Origin: a virus
Lineage: Duplodnaviria > Heunggongvirae > Uroviricota > Caudoviricetes
Direction: 5' to 3' (one strand)
Length of the DNA stretch: 64,000 nucleotides
Virus record (IMG/VR): IMGVR_UViG_3300027798_000013
The notes under the pieces are model-generated. The model had not been told where the DNA came from, did not search any database, and was given only the letters and a program-made list of their open reading frames with translations. Positions 38,261-48,057 of this stretch are shown in pieces. The translations under genes and the position numbers were made by a program. Each line of letters begins with the position of its first letter. The stretch's first letter is position 1.

Positions 38261-38890
38261 ATGTCACTATACCTCCGAGAGAATCTCAGTTTCAACGAAG
38301 CAAAAATGGTCGTTGAGTCTGATGACAAAGACGGGAAAAATTTATACATGTCAGGGATTTGCATCCAGGGCGGTATAAAAAACGCTAACCAGCGTGTTTA
38401 CCCTGTTAACGAGATTGGCAAGGCTGTCAAAACCCTTAATGATCAGATTCAAAACGGCTATTCAGTTCTCGGGGAAGTGGATCATCCAGATGATCTAAAA
38501 ATAAATTTGGACCGCGTAAGTCACATGATAACAAATATGTGGATGGACGGCCCAAATGGTTATGGCAAACTTAAAATTTTGCCAACTCCTATGGGGCAAC
38601 TAATTCGTACAATGCTGGAAAGCGGAGTAAAATTAGGTGTCTCCAGTAGGGGGTCCGGCAACGTCAAAGGCGACGGGTCCGGTGAAGTATCAGATTTTGA
38701 GATCATCACAGTAGATATGGTGGCTCAACCTAGTGCTCCTGGAGCATACCCCACACCAATTTATGAACACTTGATGAATAATCGAGGGGGATTAAGTGCC
38801 TTACGCATAGCGCAAGAGGTGAAAGGTGATCCTAAAGCACAGAAATATCTCAAAGAGAGCCTATTAGCAATAATTGGCAAACTCCAATAA
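38261..38890 (+). CDS. gp21: Prohead protease, T4 gp21-like
   Basis: KNANQRVYP, LGEVDHP, NLDRVSHMI, ILPTPMG, LGVSSRGSG and DMVAQPSAPGAY motifs; start reassigned to ATG 38261. Confidence 0.95.
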   Translation: MSLYLRENLSFNEAKMVVESDDKDGKNLYMSGICIQGGIKNANQRVYPVNEIGKAVKTLNDQIQNGYSVLGEVDHPDDLKINLDRVSHMITNMWMDGPNGYGKLKILPTPMGQLIRTMLESGVKLGVSSRGSGNVKGDGSGEVSDFEIITVDMVAQPSAPGAYPTPIYEHLMNNRGGLSALRIAQEVKGDPKAQKYLKESLLAIIGKLQ

Positions 38891-38902
38891 AAGGAGAATC
38901 AC

Positions 38903-40003
38903 ATGTTGGAAGCACTTAAAAGTTTATTTGAAAACAACGTGATTTCTGAAGAGATCCAAGCTTCTCTTGAGTCTGCTTTCGAAGCTCGTTTAATCGAGAC
39001 TCGCGAAGTATTAACTCAACAGTTACGCGAAGAATTTTCCCAAAAATACGAACATGACAAACAAGTTATGATTGAAGCTGTGGACACAATGATCAGCGAA
39101 CAATTAGCACAGGAAATTGTCGAGTTTACTGAAGATCGTAATCAACTTGCAGAAATGAAAGTTAAATATGCTCAAAAAATGAAAGCAGACACAGCGACAA
39201 TGAAGGAATTCGTTACTCGCCAGTTGGCTTCTGAAGTTTTAGAGCTACATGAAGATCAGAAAGTAATGGCTAGTAAGTTTGGACTATTAGAAACTTTCGT
39301 AGTAGAAGCATTGGCCCAAGAAATCGCAGAATTTTACAAAGACAAGCAAGACCTTGCAGAGACCAAGGTACGTTTAGTCCGTGAAGGACGTCAACAACTT
39401 GCAAAAGTTAAAGAACAGTTTGTACAACGAGCCGCACAGATGGTCGACACACTAGTAACAGAAGGTTTAACTACTGAACTTACTAGCTTGAAAGAAGACA
39501 TTGAATCAGCTCGCCGCACTGACTTTGGTCGCAAGATGTTTGAGGCGTTTGCCGCAGAATATCAGACCAGTTACTTGAACGAGAAATCAGAAACTGCAAA
39601 ATTGCTCAAAGTCATAGACTTGAAAACGGCAGAACTAACAGAAGCGCAAGCTCATGTTATCATGGCACAAAAAGTAATAGAAAGCAAAAAAGCAGAATCA
39701 AAGCGTTTGGGCGAAAGCATCGAACGTCAACACATCATGGCAGAATTGCTAAGTCCACTTAACGGTGAACAGAAAGTAATTATGAGTGAATTAATGGAGA
39801 GCGTGAAAACAGCAAAACTAGTTGATAGTTTTGACAAGTACTTACCAGCTGTTATAGCAGGTAAAGCTCCACAAAAACAAAAACAGGCACTAACTGAGGC
39901 AAAAGAAATCACAGGAAACAAAGTTTCCAACACCAATCGTAGCAGTGAGCTAGAAAACAATAACATTATTGATATTCGTAGACTTGCTGGACTAAAAATT
40001 TAA
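38903..40003 (+). CDS. gp22: Prohead core scaffolding protein, T4 gp22-like
   Basis: Long acidic coiled coil between protease and capsid genes; AAGGAG RBS. Confidence 0.8.
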   Translation: MLEALKSLFENNVISEEIQASLESAFEARLIETREVLTQQLREEFSQKYEHDKQVMIEAVDTMISEQLAQEIVEFTEDRNQLAEMKVKYAQKMKADTATMKEFVTRQLASEVLELHEDQKVMASKFGLLETFVVEALAQEIAEFYKDKQDLAETKVRLVREGRQQLAKVKEQFVQRAAQMVDTLVTEGLTTELTSLKEDIESARRTDFGRKMFEAFAAEYQTSYLNEKSETAKLLKVIDLKTAELTEAQAHVIMAQKVIESKKAESKRLGESIERQHIMAELLSPLNGEQKVIMSELMESVKTAKLVDSFDKYLPAVIAGKAPQKQKQALTEAKEITGNKVSNTNRSSELENNNIIDIRRLAGLKI

Positions 40004-40014
40004 GGAGAATTTAA

Positions 40015-41187
40015 ATGTCAGAACTACTAAACGGACGTTGGGCAGAAACTAAGGAAGCACTTTTAGAAGGCCTACACGGCACTAAAAAATCAGTCATGGC
40101 GGTTACACTAGAAAATACTCGTAAGTATTTGATGGAATCCCCAACAGCTGGTGCTACCTCTGCCGGTAACGTTGCCACACTAAATCGCGTAATCCTTCCA
40201 GTGATTCGCCGCGTTATGCCTACAGTCATTGCTAATGAACTAGTCGGCGTACAACCAATGACTGGTCCAGTTGGACAAATTCACACGTTGCGTGTTCGCT
40301 ATGCAGACACATCAACAAACAGTGGAGTGACAGCAGGTGAAGAGGCATTGAGCCCATTCAAGATTGCAGAAGCATATTCTGGAAACGAAAGTTCAACAGC
40401 TAAAGCCGCTAGTACAGCTACTTTAGAAGGTCGTGCTGGTAACAGAATGAGCATCCAGATCTTGAAACAAACAGTTGAAGCTAAGACACGTAAGTTATCA
40501 GCTCGCTGGACGTTTGAAGCCGCTCAAGACGCACAGGCCCAACAGGGTATTGACGTTGAAGCAGAAATCATGGCCGCTTTAGCACAAGAAATTACTGCTG
40601 AAATCGACCAAGAAGTATTGGCTAGCTTGTTAACACTTGCTGGTGCAGATACTGAGACATATAACCAAGCCGCTGTATCTGGTACAGCTACATTTGTTGG
40701 TGACGAGCATGCCGCATTGGCAGTTCAGATCAACCGTGTTGCTAACTTGATCGCTCAGCGTACACGTCGTGGTGCTGGTAACTACGCCGTTGTAAGTCCA
40801 TTTGCATTGACAATTCTACAATCTGCTACTACAAGCGCATTTGCTCGTACAACAGAAGGTACATTCGAAGCACCTACAAACACCAAGTTTGTTGGTACAT
40901 TGAACAATGCTATGAAGATTTATGTTAACTCATACGCAAACGATTCAACAAGTATTCTTGTTGGTTACAAAGGTTCTTCAGAGTCTGATGCTCCTGCATT
41001 CTATTGCCCATACATTCCATTGATGAGCAGTGGTGTTGTATTGGATCCATCAACATTTGAACCAGTTGTATCATTCATGACACGTTACGGTTACGTAGAA
41101 TTAAGCAACACTGCTTCTTCTCTAGGTAATGCCGCGGACTACTTGGGTCGTGTTGGTATCACTTCAGCTAACGTTAAATTCAGTTAA
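40015..41187 (+). CDS. gp23: Major capsid protein, T4 gp23-like
   Basis: RRVMPTVIANELVGVQPMTGPVGQI, VEAKTRKLSARWTFEAAQDAQAQQGIDVEAE, IAQRTRRGAGN, FYCPYIPL and DPSTFEPVVSFMTRYG motifs. Confidence 0.97.
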   Translation: MSELLNGRWAETKEALLEGLHGTKKSVMAVTLENTRKYLMESPTAGATSAGNVATLNRVILPVIRRVMPTVIANELVGVQPMTGPVGQIHTLRVRYADTSTNSGVTAGEEALSPFKIAEAYSGNESSTAKAASTATLEGRAGNRMSIQILKQTVEAKTRKLSARWTFEAAQDAQAQQGIDVEAEIMAALAQEITAEIDQEVLASLLTLAGADTETYNQAAVSGTATFVGDEHAALAVQINRVANLIAQRTRRGAGNYAVVSPFALTILQSATTSAFARTTEGTFEAPTNTKFVGTLNNAMKIYVNSYANDSTSILVGYKGSSESDAPAFYCPYIPLMSSGVVLDPSTFEPVVSFMTRYGYVELSNTASSLGNAADYLGRVGITSANVKFS

Positions 41188-41216
41188 TCTGAAAGAGACA
41201 TTAGCGTTATAAGACT

Positions 41217-41247
41217 AAGGACTTCTTCGGAAGTCCTTTTTCGTTTT
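41217..41247 (+). terminator. Rho-independent terminator after the major capsid gene
   Basis: AAGGACTTC-TTCG-GAAGTCCTT followed by a T-rich tract; C(UUCG)G tetraloop. Confidence 0.92.
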
Positions 41248-41251
41248 CAGC

Positions 41252-41346
41252 TAAATACATAGTAATGATCCACACAGGGTGGATTTTATGCGGATATCCA
41301 ACCGCGTACAGCCTAGAACGCTGTTATTTCTTAAGGAGAAAATAAA
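41252..41346 (+). promoter_or_regulatory. Late promoter TAAATA plus about 85-nt three-hairpin 5' leader
   Basis: TAAATA 41252-41257; stems at 41267-41285, 41287-41308 and 41308-41324; then TAAGGAG RBS. Confidence 0.65.
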
Positions 41347-42012
41347 ATGGGACGTCCTTTACATAAAAAATTCTTTGGTAATACCAATACTGCTGGTGTC
41401 GGCGGCGAGGGTGTTGCAAGTGCAACAGCTCCAGCTGGCACGTTAGCATCATTAGTCAACGGTACTTACGCAATTCCAGGCGCAAGCATCACTGCACCGC
41501 AAATCCAAGGCGGCGTAAAACCAACACTAAATGTTGTGGTAACTGGCACAACAACCTACACAGTAACAGTAGTCACAGCAGGCTCAGGTTACACCGCTGC
41601 TCCTACAATTACATTTGCTGGTACCGTTGCAGGTGGCTCTGGTAGTGCTACTCCAATAGCAACATTGACAGCAACAGTTGGCGATGCCATTGTGTGTCAA
41701 GGCATCACAGCTGGTACAACAAACCGTACAACTGGTAACGACATTATCAAACAAGTGTCAAGTCGTCGTTATCAAATTCAGACTCAAGACGGTACAGCAA
41801 TCTGCGCACTAAAAGCAAGTGCTCCAACAGCGGCAGGTGAGATGGCCATTGTTGCTGTTGATGCTTCCGCTGGTACATATTATGTTACTAAGTTGACTAA
41901 AAATAGAGCCACATTAATAGTTGGTACTGGCACAGTTTTTACTAGCGGTTCGTCAGTTCCTTGGACTTTTGGATCAGCAACAGCAACAGTTTGCCAAATC
42001 CCAAGTGCGTAA
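41347..42012 (+). CDS. Putative virion structural protein (head decoration/fibre candidate)
   Basis: Own late promoter and strong RBS directly after the capsid gene; Thr/Ala/Gly-rich with TVVTAGSGYTAAPTITF module. Confidence 0.65.
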   Translation: MGRPLHKKFFGNTNTAGVGGEGVASATAPAGTLASLVNGTYAIPGASITAPQIQGGVKPTLNVVVTGTTTYTVTVVTAGSGYTAAPTITFAGTVAGGSGSATPIATLTATVGDAIVCQGITAGTTNRTTGNDIIKQVSSRRYQIQTQDGTAICALKASAPTAAGEMAIVAVDASAGTYYVTKLTKNRATLIVGTGTVFTSGSSVPWTFGSATATVCQIPSA

Positions 42013-42021
42013 TAACTAACA

Positions 42022-42043
42022 AGGGAGCGCAAGCTCCCTGTTT
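42022..42043 (+). terminator. GC-rich hairpin, weak terminator or attenuator
   Basis: AGGGAGC-GCAA-GCTCCCT followed by only GTTT. Confidence 0.6.
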
Positions 42044-42053
42044 AGGATAACTA

Positions 42054-43319
42054 ATGTCAAGAATAGTCAAAATAAATAACGGAGACTACAAAGTTGTTGT
42101 AGGTTCCGGTGTCACGCCCAAAAATATTGTATTAGATACCACAGGACAATCTGCAAATCCTGCCAGTTACGGTAGCGTGACTATTAAAGGAAACTTGGAT
42201 GTTATTGGCACAACCACTTATGTTGAGTCAACAAACAGTTATGTTAAAGATGTAATTTTTGAATTGAATTATGATCCTAGCGATGTCAATTCAGGCATCA
42301 GCGCGGCAAATAATTATCGTTCTGGCATACAGATCAATCGCGGTGTGTTATCAGCCGCCCAATTTATTTACGATGAATCAGTTACGCATTATGATCCTGC
42401 TTTAGGAACAAGTGCTCCAGGTTCATTTGTGGCACGTACCGCAGACGGGGTATTGACCAGTGTGCAACTGGCCGCAGTTGGCACTCAAGCTGGCTTTGAC
42501 ATCAACTTTGACTTGAACAACACAACCAACGTTTTAAGTATTGCTCGAGGCGTTGCTACTGTGGGAAGTGTGCCTTATTATGCTCGCGTGACTCAAAACG
42601 ACCATATTCCTAATAAACAATATGTCACAAATTATGTAGCGTCTGGAGCATTTTTACCAGGCGTTGCCGACGTCAATCAGATTTACTCAGGCGACACCAC
42701 AGTTCGTGTGTTTGATTCAAGCGTAAGCGCAACAAGAATTGCCACTCTTACCAGTGCAAATATTTCTGGAGCCACTCCAGGAGTACTGACCTTTACTCAG
42801 TCCACAGGCGATCCAGTTCAACCAGGCATGCTGTTAAGCGGCGGCAGTGTTACTGCTGGCACATATATTGTTTCTGGTAGTGGACTCAGTTGGATTTTAA
42901 ACCAAGCGGCCACAGGCAATCCAACCCAAGGTGTTTATACAGCACCGTTCAGCCCAGCAGATCCAACACCAGTAGCAGAAACCAGCCAGGTGGTGTTCAC
43001 CGTAGACGGTGTCATAAGAGCCCAATTGAATGCTAACGGTTTTTACATCGATAACATAAAGATCAAAACCAATACTATTAAAAATTATGACTTGTCTAAT
43101 GACTTAGTATTGGGCGCAAATAACGGTAATATACAAGTGGCCGCGGTACTAACACTCAACAACCAAACGTTACCAACTTACACAACAGGCGGTACCAAAG
43201 TATACTCGAGCATTACTCCAGGACCAGGAAAGTCAGGAATATTTTTTGTAAATAGTACAAACTATGCCGACGAGTTAGTGGCCAAGAATCGAGCATTACT
43301 TTTAAGCATGATATTTTAA
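42054..43319 (+). CDS. Putative virion fibre/structural protein
   Basis: Beta-rich, VTIKGNLDVIGTTTYVES fibre-like motif, inserted GMLLSGGSVTAGTYIVSGSG module. Confidence 0.65.
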   Translation: MSRIVKINNGDYKVVVGSGVTPKNIVLDTTGQSANPASYGSVTIKGNLDVIGTTTYVESTNSYVKDVIFELNYDPSDVNSGISAANNYRSGIQINRGVLSAAQFIYDESVTHYDPALGTSAPGSFVARTADGVLTSVQLAAVGTQAGFDINFDLNNTTNVLSIARGVATVGSVPYYARVTQNDHIPNKQYVTNYVASGAFLPGVADVNQIYSGDTTVRVFDSSVSATRIATLTSANISGATPGVLTFTQSTGDPVQPGMLLSGGSVTAGTYIVSGSGLSWILNQAATGNPTQGVYTAPFSPADPTPVAETSQVVFTVDGVIRAQLNANGFYIDNIKIKTNTIKNYDLSNDLVLGANNGNIQVAAVLTLNNQTLPTYTTGGTKVYSSITPGPGKSGIFFVNSTNYADELVAKNRALLLSMIF

Positions 43320-43328
43320 GGACAGAAT

Positions 43329-43931
43329 ATGGCATTAACTTGTACATCAATCAACGCGGCAAACACAACATTGTATACCAGTAGCGGCAATACTGCTATC
43401 ACCACTTTGATTGTGTCAAATGTAAACACATTTAATCCTGCGACTCCAACAGTTGGCCAAAGCAATTTGAACTTGTTCATAGTGCCAGGTGGCGGAACTC
43501 CTAATTTTTCCAACATGATTGTCAGCGCATTGCCTCTGCCAGCCGGAGAAACATTTACTTTTGATAATGAAAAAATTATTATGAGTAACAACGACACACT
43601 GGTAGCTACTAGTAGCGCGGCAACAGGAGTGGGTCCTAATGCAGTTAGTTTAACTGTATCAAGTTACAACGCAAAAACCGGCACGGGCCCGTACTTGGTT
43701 ACATTTAATATCCCAACAACAGCCAGTTTAGGAACCAACGGCGGCGTTGGCTTTTATTTTAGTATTGTTGGTAATGGCAATGCATTGTATAACGGAGTTT
43801 ATGTGTGTACAGCCAGTACAGCCACAACAATTCAACTGAGTTATACAGCAGACCCAGGTACATATGGTTCTGGAACAACATTTATGAACATTAGTAGTTT
43901 AGTATCTACTGTAAGCACATTGAGCGTATAA
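43329..43931 (+). CDS. Small virion structural protein (distant paralog of 48058-48612)
   Basis: TTLYTSSGNTAITTLIVSN...LPAGETFTFDNEKIIMSNNDTL beta-sandwich-like pattern with an inserted module. Confidence 0.65.
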   Translation: MALTCTSINAANTTLYTSSGNTAITTLIVSNVNTFNPATPTVGQSNLNLFIVPGGGTPNFSNMIVSALPLPAGETFTFDNEKIIMSNNDTLVATSSAATGVGPNAVSLTVSSYNAKTGTGPYLVTFNIPTTASLGTNGGVGFYFSIVGNGNALYNGVYVCTASTATTIQLSYTADPGTYGSGTTFMNISSLVSTVSTLSV

Positions 43932-45085
43932 TGCGATTTTTAAGAAACATAAACCTTAATCCTAAAGCACCGCACGATCAGCGGCTGGTTATTACCAAAG
44001 CCGATGAAGTGCAATTTAATACCACACGTAGCTTGCTGTTACCTAGTGGACCTGATGCTGATAGAGCAGTCAGCCCAGTTGCTGGTATGATGCGGTTAAA
44101 CACAACTAGCGGACAGGTAGAAGTATATCAAAGTTCCAGCTGGCGCAGTTTACGTTTCAAAGAAAGCGGCGCAATTGCCCTACAAAGTTTAGGCGCCGGC
44201 GACGGTATCAGCACGTTATATGGCCCACTTAGCCCAGCACCTCCTAGTATACCACAAAGCGGATACACTTGGACTGGCGCAAACTTAATGGTATATGTTG
44301 AAAACGTTTTTCAATTGTTCAACACTAACTATTTAATTGCACAAAACCCAACAGTCAGTGACACTGTTAATACTTTGGCCAACATTGGCTCTACTAATAT
44401 TATTTTAAACAGTGTTGCAGATATCATCGTTGGGTCTGCTGTTACAACAACAGCACCAACCACAACAGTTACAACAACAGTCAATGCGACTAGTACAACT
44501 GCAACTTATGTGAGCGGTGGTGTAGTTAGCACAACTATGGTAGTCAGTACCAAATCAGGCACATTTGTTGACGGTCAACAACTGATTAATACTACTGGGT
44601 TCAACAGCGGACAGTTTATTGTTAGTGGTTCCGCTACTACAAGTTTTGTTCTCAATGCGGTAGCAAACAGCACACCTAGCGGTACACTTACATTTGCGGC
44701 ATGGGGCGGCGGCAACAACTTAATTGTTGCCAGCACCACCAGTATAGTTGCAGGAATGTTTGTAGACGGTATTGGATTTAACAGTGGTCAAACAGTGGTA
44801 AGTGCTTCAGGCAACGTGGTAGTACTCAGCGCACCACCAAATTCAACACCGACTGGTACTGTGACTTTTACAAGTAGCGCCAGCGGAACTGTGTTTGCGG
44901 CCAGTACCACAGTAACAGCAGTGAACAGTTTTACCAACACCATTACAATCAATAATGCTACCACTGGAGCAATTGCGGCAGGTAGGGGTATCACTATGAC
45001 ATTACCTACAGGGTATTATATTCGTTTTACAGGCCCAGCGGCCGCAACAAAACCAATCACAGTTATCTCAGGTTTTGACAGTTAA
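43931..45085 (+). CDS. Putative virion fibre/structural protein
   Basis: LLLPSG...GMMRLNTTSGQVEVY..SSW motif and Thr-rich modules; TAATG coupling. Confidence 0.65.
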   Translation: MRFLRNINLNPKAPHDQRLVITKADEVQFNTTRSLLLPSGPDADRAVSPVAGMMRLNTTSGQVEVYQSSSWRSLRFKESGAIALQSLGAGDGISTLYGPLSPAPPSIPQSGYTWTGANLMVYVENVFQLFNTNYLIAQNPTVSDTVNTLANIGSTNIILNSVADIIVGSAVTTTAPTTTVTTTVNATSTTATYVSGGVVSTTMVVSTKSGTFVDGQQLINTTGFNSGQFIVSGSATTSFVLNAVANSTPSGTLTFAAWGGGNNLIVASTTSIVAGMFVDGIGFNSGQTVVSASGNVVVLSAPPNSTPTGTVTFTSSASGTVFAASTTVTAVNSFTNTITINNATTGAIAAGRGITMTLPTGYYIRFTGPAAATKPITVISGFDS

Positions 45086-45095
45086 GGGGTAGCTG

Positions 45096-46220
45096 ATGGC
45101 TCTCAATTTAACGCCGGAATATGCACAAAGTTTAGGACGCATTGGCGGACAATTACTGTCCTCCAACTTGGAATTCCAAGGCGATGACGTTCAATTTGAT
45201 ACTGATTTACTATACTTAGATGTTGCTAACAATCGTATTGGCATCAACAACTATGGCACAAGCCCTGAAGCTCTTTACTTAGGAACACTTGCTGGCGATC
45301 AAGCACTGGAAACTGTTAGTTTAATAGTTGACGGCGTAACTACTACCGATTCCTACTGGACTATCAGCAGTAATACTATACAATTAGCAACTGGTACGTT
45401 GTATGTTTCTCCTAACCAAGTCAGCAATCCAATAATTGCAACCAACGGTGTTGGTAGCGCAAATGTCAATATTACTGACAGATTGATTGCCACAAAGACT
45501 ATAAACGAAAGTCTTTACATAACTCCAGATAACATAGGCATCGTGCAAGTTAACGGCAACATGCAAGTTAACGGAGTCAGCAGTTTGACTTATGTGACTG
45601 GTAATGTACTAGTTGACGGTAACTATATTGCAGGTAGTGTAATTAATCTAGGCGATGCCACAACCGATACAATTTCATTTACAGCAGACGGAAATTCAAA
45701 TTTAATTTCCAGTACAACTAACACTTATAGTTTAGGATCTGGTAGTAAAAAGTGGAATAACATTTATGCTACAACTTTAAATGGTACCAGCGTAAACACA
45801 ACTGGTGCTGTGTTGGACGGAATTACACTGGCTAATAACAGCATTTATAGCACAGTTATTTCTAACAATGTTACTATTAGTCCGTTGGGAACTGGCAATA
45901 TAACTTTTAATGGTCTAGTACCGTTCACCGGAAGTAATCTAAATAATAACACAAACAGAGTTTATAATGCTCCATATTATTTGCTGTCAACTAATGACGG
46001 GTATGTAAATTTTGCTGGAACAACTGCCGCTGTTTTTCCTTTGGGAACCACAGCCCAACGTAATACTACTATCACGGGCACCACTCGTTATAACACAGAC
46101 TTGGGCTTTTTAGAAATTTATAACGGAACAGCTTGGCAGAACTCCAACGGAAATATTTCACTTGCGGATGCTCAGTACATGAGTGACAGTGCCGTAATTT
46201 ACGACCTTATACTAGGTTAA
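45096..46220 (+). CDS. Putative tail fibre-like structural protein (paralog of 46342-48054)
   Basis: GRIGGQLLSSNL, FDTDLLYLDVANNRIGIN, LGDATTDTISF and FPLGTTAQR..RYNTD..LEIYNGTAW. Confidence 0.65.
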   Translation: MALNLTPEYAQSLGRIGGQLLSSNLEFQGDDVQFDTDLLYLDVANNRIGINNYGTSPEALYLGTLAGDQALETVSLIVDGVTTTDSYWTISSNTIQLATGTLYVSPNQVSNPIIATNGVGSANVNITDRLIATKTINESLYITPDNIGIVQVNGNMQVNGVSSLTYVTGNVLVDGNYIAGSVINLGDATTDTISFTADGNSNLISSTTNTYSLGSGSKKWNNIYATTLNGTSVNTTGAVLDGITLANNSIYSTVISNNVTISPLGTGNITFNGLVPFTGSNLNNNTNRVYNAPYYLLSTNDGYVNFAGTTAAVFPLGTTAQRNTTITGTTRYNTDLGFLEIYNGTAWQNSNGNISLADAQYMSDSAVIYDLILG

Positions 46221-46234
46221 AAATCCCAAACCGC

Positions 46235-46341
46235 TAAATACTATTACTGTAAAGGTTGACCAAACTTTTACGATACTCAACAGCGAGGCCCGCTATGCAA
46301 GGTGGCCGTATCCGTGAAATTCGGTGGTAAAGGAGAGGCAG
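46235..46341 (+). promoter_or_regulatory. Late promoter TAAATA plus about 95-nt structured leader
   Basis: TAAATA 46235-46240; stems at 46249-46271 and 46272-46312 (nested GGCC/GGCC); AAGGAG RBS. Confidence 0.6.
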
Positions 46342-48054
46342 ATGGCCCTTGGTCGAATTAGTGGTCCGCTCTTAAAGTCGAATCTACTTCGTAATGGTGT
46401 AGACTTGGCATTTGAGACGAATCTATTGTACTTGGATGTATCAAATCGCCGCGTTGGTATCAATACCGGTACTCCTTCACACGATTTACAAGTTAACGGA
46501 ACAATCCGTAGCTCTACACTAAACGTAACCAATACCAGTACACTTGGCCTAATTGATTTTACTTCTAATAGTATTACCAGCTCAAGCAGTCAAATTAATT
46601 TAACAGCTGGCGGCTCAAACCCAGTAGTATACCAAGGCATTTTACAAGTTGGACAGTTACAATTAACTGCTAACACACTGAGCACAATTGCCACCAATCA
46701 AAATATCAGTTTGACCACGACCGGTACAGGAGCAGTGGTTATTAATAATAATTTAACTGTTACTGGAAACTTGTACACACAAGGCAACTTGACTGTTGAT
46801 GGCACAGTTACTATTAAAGGCAACATCACAATTGGTGATGCCACAACCGATACAGTGGCAATCACTGCTGGAATTAGTAGTAATTTAACACCAGATATAA
46901 CTGCTACATACAACTTGGGTAGTGCAAGTTTTTATTGGAATAATACTTACTCCACTTCAAGTTATTTTGACACAATCAATGTTGCTAACTTTCAAACAAA
47001 TAATTTAGTTTTTAGTAGTAACACAATTACCAACACTGTAAACAATGCAGATATTCAATTTGCTACAACTGGTGTTGGCGGAATCATCATTGGTAATATC
47101 AAAGTTAATGCTAACAACATTACCAATACTGTTTCTAACGCAGTAACAACATTTAATCAAACAACTGGAACTGCTAGTTTTACTGGATCTGTAGCAAATG
47201 CCACAGCAGTAACATTTACAGGTAGTGTTACTGGATCAACACTGACAGTTACCAGCGCACCAACTGGCGCAGGGTTAGTGGTAGGACAAAGTTTAAGTGG
47301 CGGCACAATACCAGTAGGCACTTATATTGTTGCCAACTTAACTGGAACTGGTGCTGGTTCAAGCAGTACTTGGTCTATCAACAACTATTTTACTCAAGCA
47401 AGCACAACGATTACAGCACAGCTAGCAATACTTACAGTTACAGCAGTTGCATCTGGTCCAATTAATTCTGGAATGATACTAACTGGAAGCGGAGTCACTG
47501 CGGATACTGTGGTTATCAGTCAAAACACAGCAACAACTGCGGCTGTGGCAAGTCCAACATTTTCAAGCGGTGGTGCATCAAGTTCTTATACATTTGTAGT
47601 GAGTTCAGGAACTAACATTGCTAAAAATCAATTTGTAAGCGGCACAGGTATTCCAGAAAACACCTTTGTAAGCGCAGTTTCTGGAGCAACAATTACGTTG
47701 ACCAAAGCATTCACTACTCAAGCAACTGGAACATATAATTTTTACACACCTGGCACACAAGGTACATACTATGTAAGTCCAGCCCAAACAGTTAGCTCAA
47801 CAGCCATAACTGGCACCGTTACAGGTTATGTTTACATCGGCGGAACCAACGGCGTAGTTATTCCAGCAGGAACAACATTACAACGTCCAGGTAGTCCAAC
47901 ATCTGGTATGATACGTTTTAATAGTGATCCAAGTAATTTGGCCGTTGAAGTTTATACAGGCAGTCAGTGGGCAGGTGTTGCAGGTGTATCAGCAGGTATC
48001 ACAATTAATCAAGCTACGGACACAGCCGCTCAATGGGCGTTAGCACTAGGATAA
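46342..48054 (+). CDS. Putative tail fibre-like structural protein
   Basis: MALGRISGPLLKSNL, FETNLLYLDVSNRRVGIN, IGDATTDTVAI and IPAGTTLQRP..GMIRFN; start at the ATG after AAGGAGAGG. Confidence 0.7.
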   Translation: MALGRISGPLLKSNLLRNGVDLAFETNLLYLDVSNRRVGINTGTPSHDLQVNGTIRSSTLNVTNTSTLGLIDFTSNSITSSSSQINLTAGGSNPVVYQGILQVGQLQLTANTLSTIATNQNISLTTTGTGAVVINNNLTVTGNLYTQGNLTVDGTVTIKGNITIGDATTDTVAITAGISSNLTPDITATYNLGSASFYWNNTYSTSSYFDTINVANFQTNNLVFSSNTITNTVNNADIQFATTGVGGIIIGNIKVNANNITNTVSNAVTTFNQTTGTASFTGSVANATAVTFTGSVTGSTLTVTSAPTGAGLVVGQSLSGGTIPVGTYIVANLTGTGAGSSSTWSINNYFTQASTTITAQLAILTVTAVASGPINSGMILTGSGVTADTVVISQNTATTAAVASPTFSSGGASSSYTFVVSSGTNIAKNQFVSGTGIPENTFVSAVSGATITLTKAFTTQATGTYNFYTPGTQGTYYVSPAQTVSSTAITGTVTGYVYIGGTNGVVIPAGTTLQRPGSPTSGMIRFNSDPSNLAVEVYTGSQWAGVAGVSAGITINQATDTAAQWALALG

Positions 48055-48057
48055 GAC

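Noticed and set aside
28026-41187. Inteins or introns in gp46, portal or capsid genes
   Set aside because: Sizes are normal and no splicing motifs or interruptions were seen.
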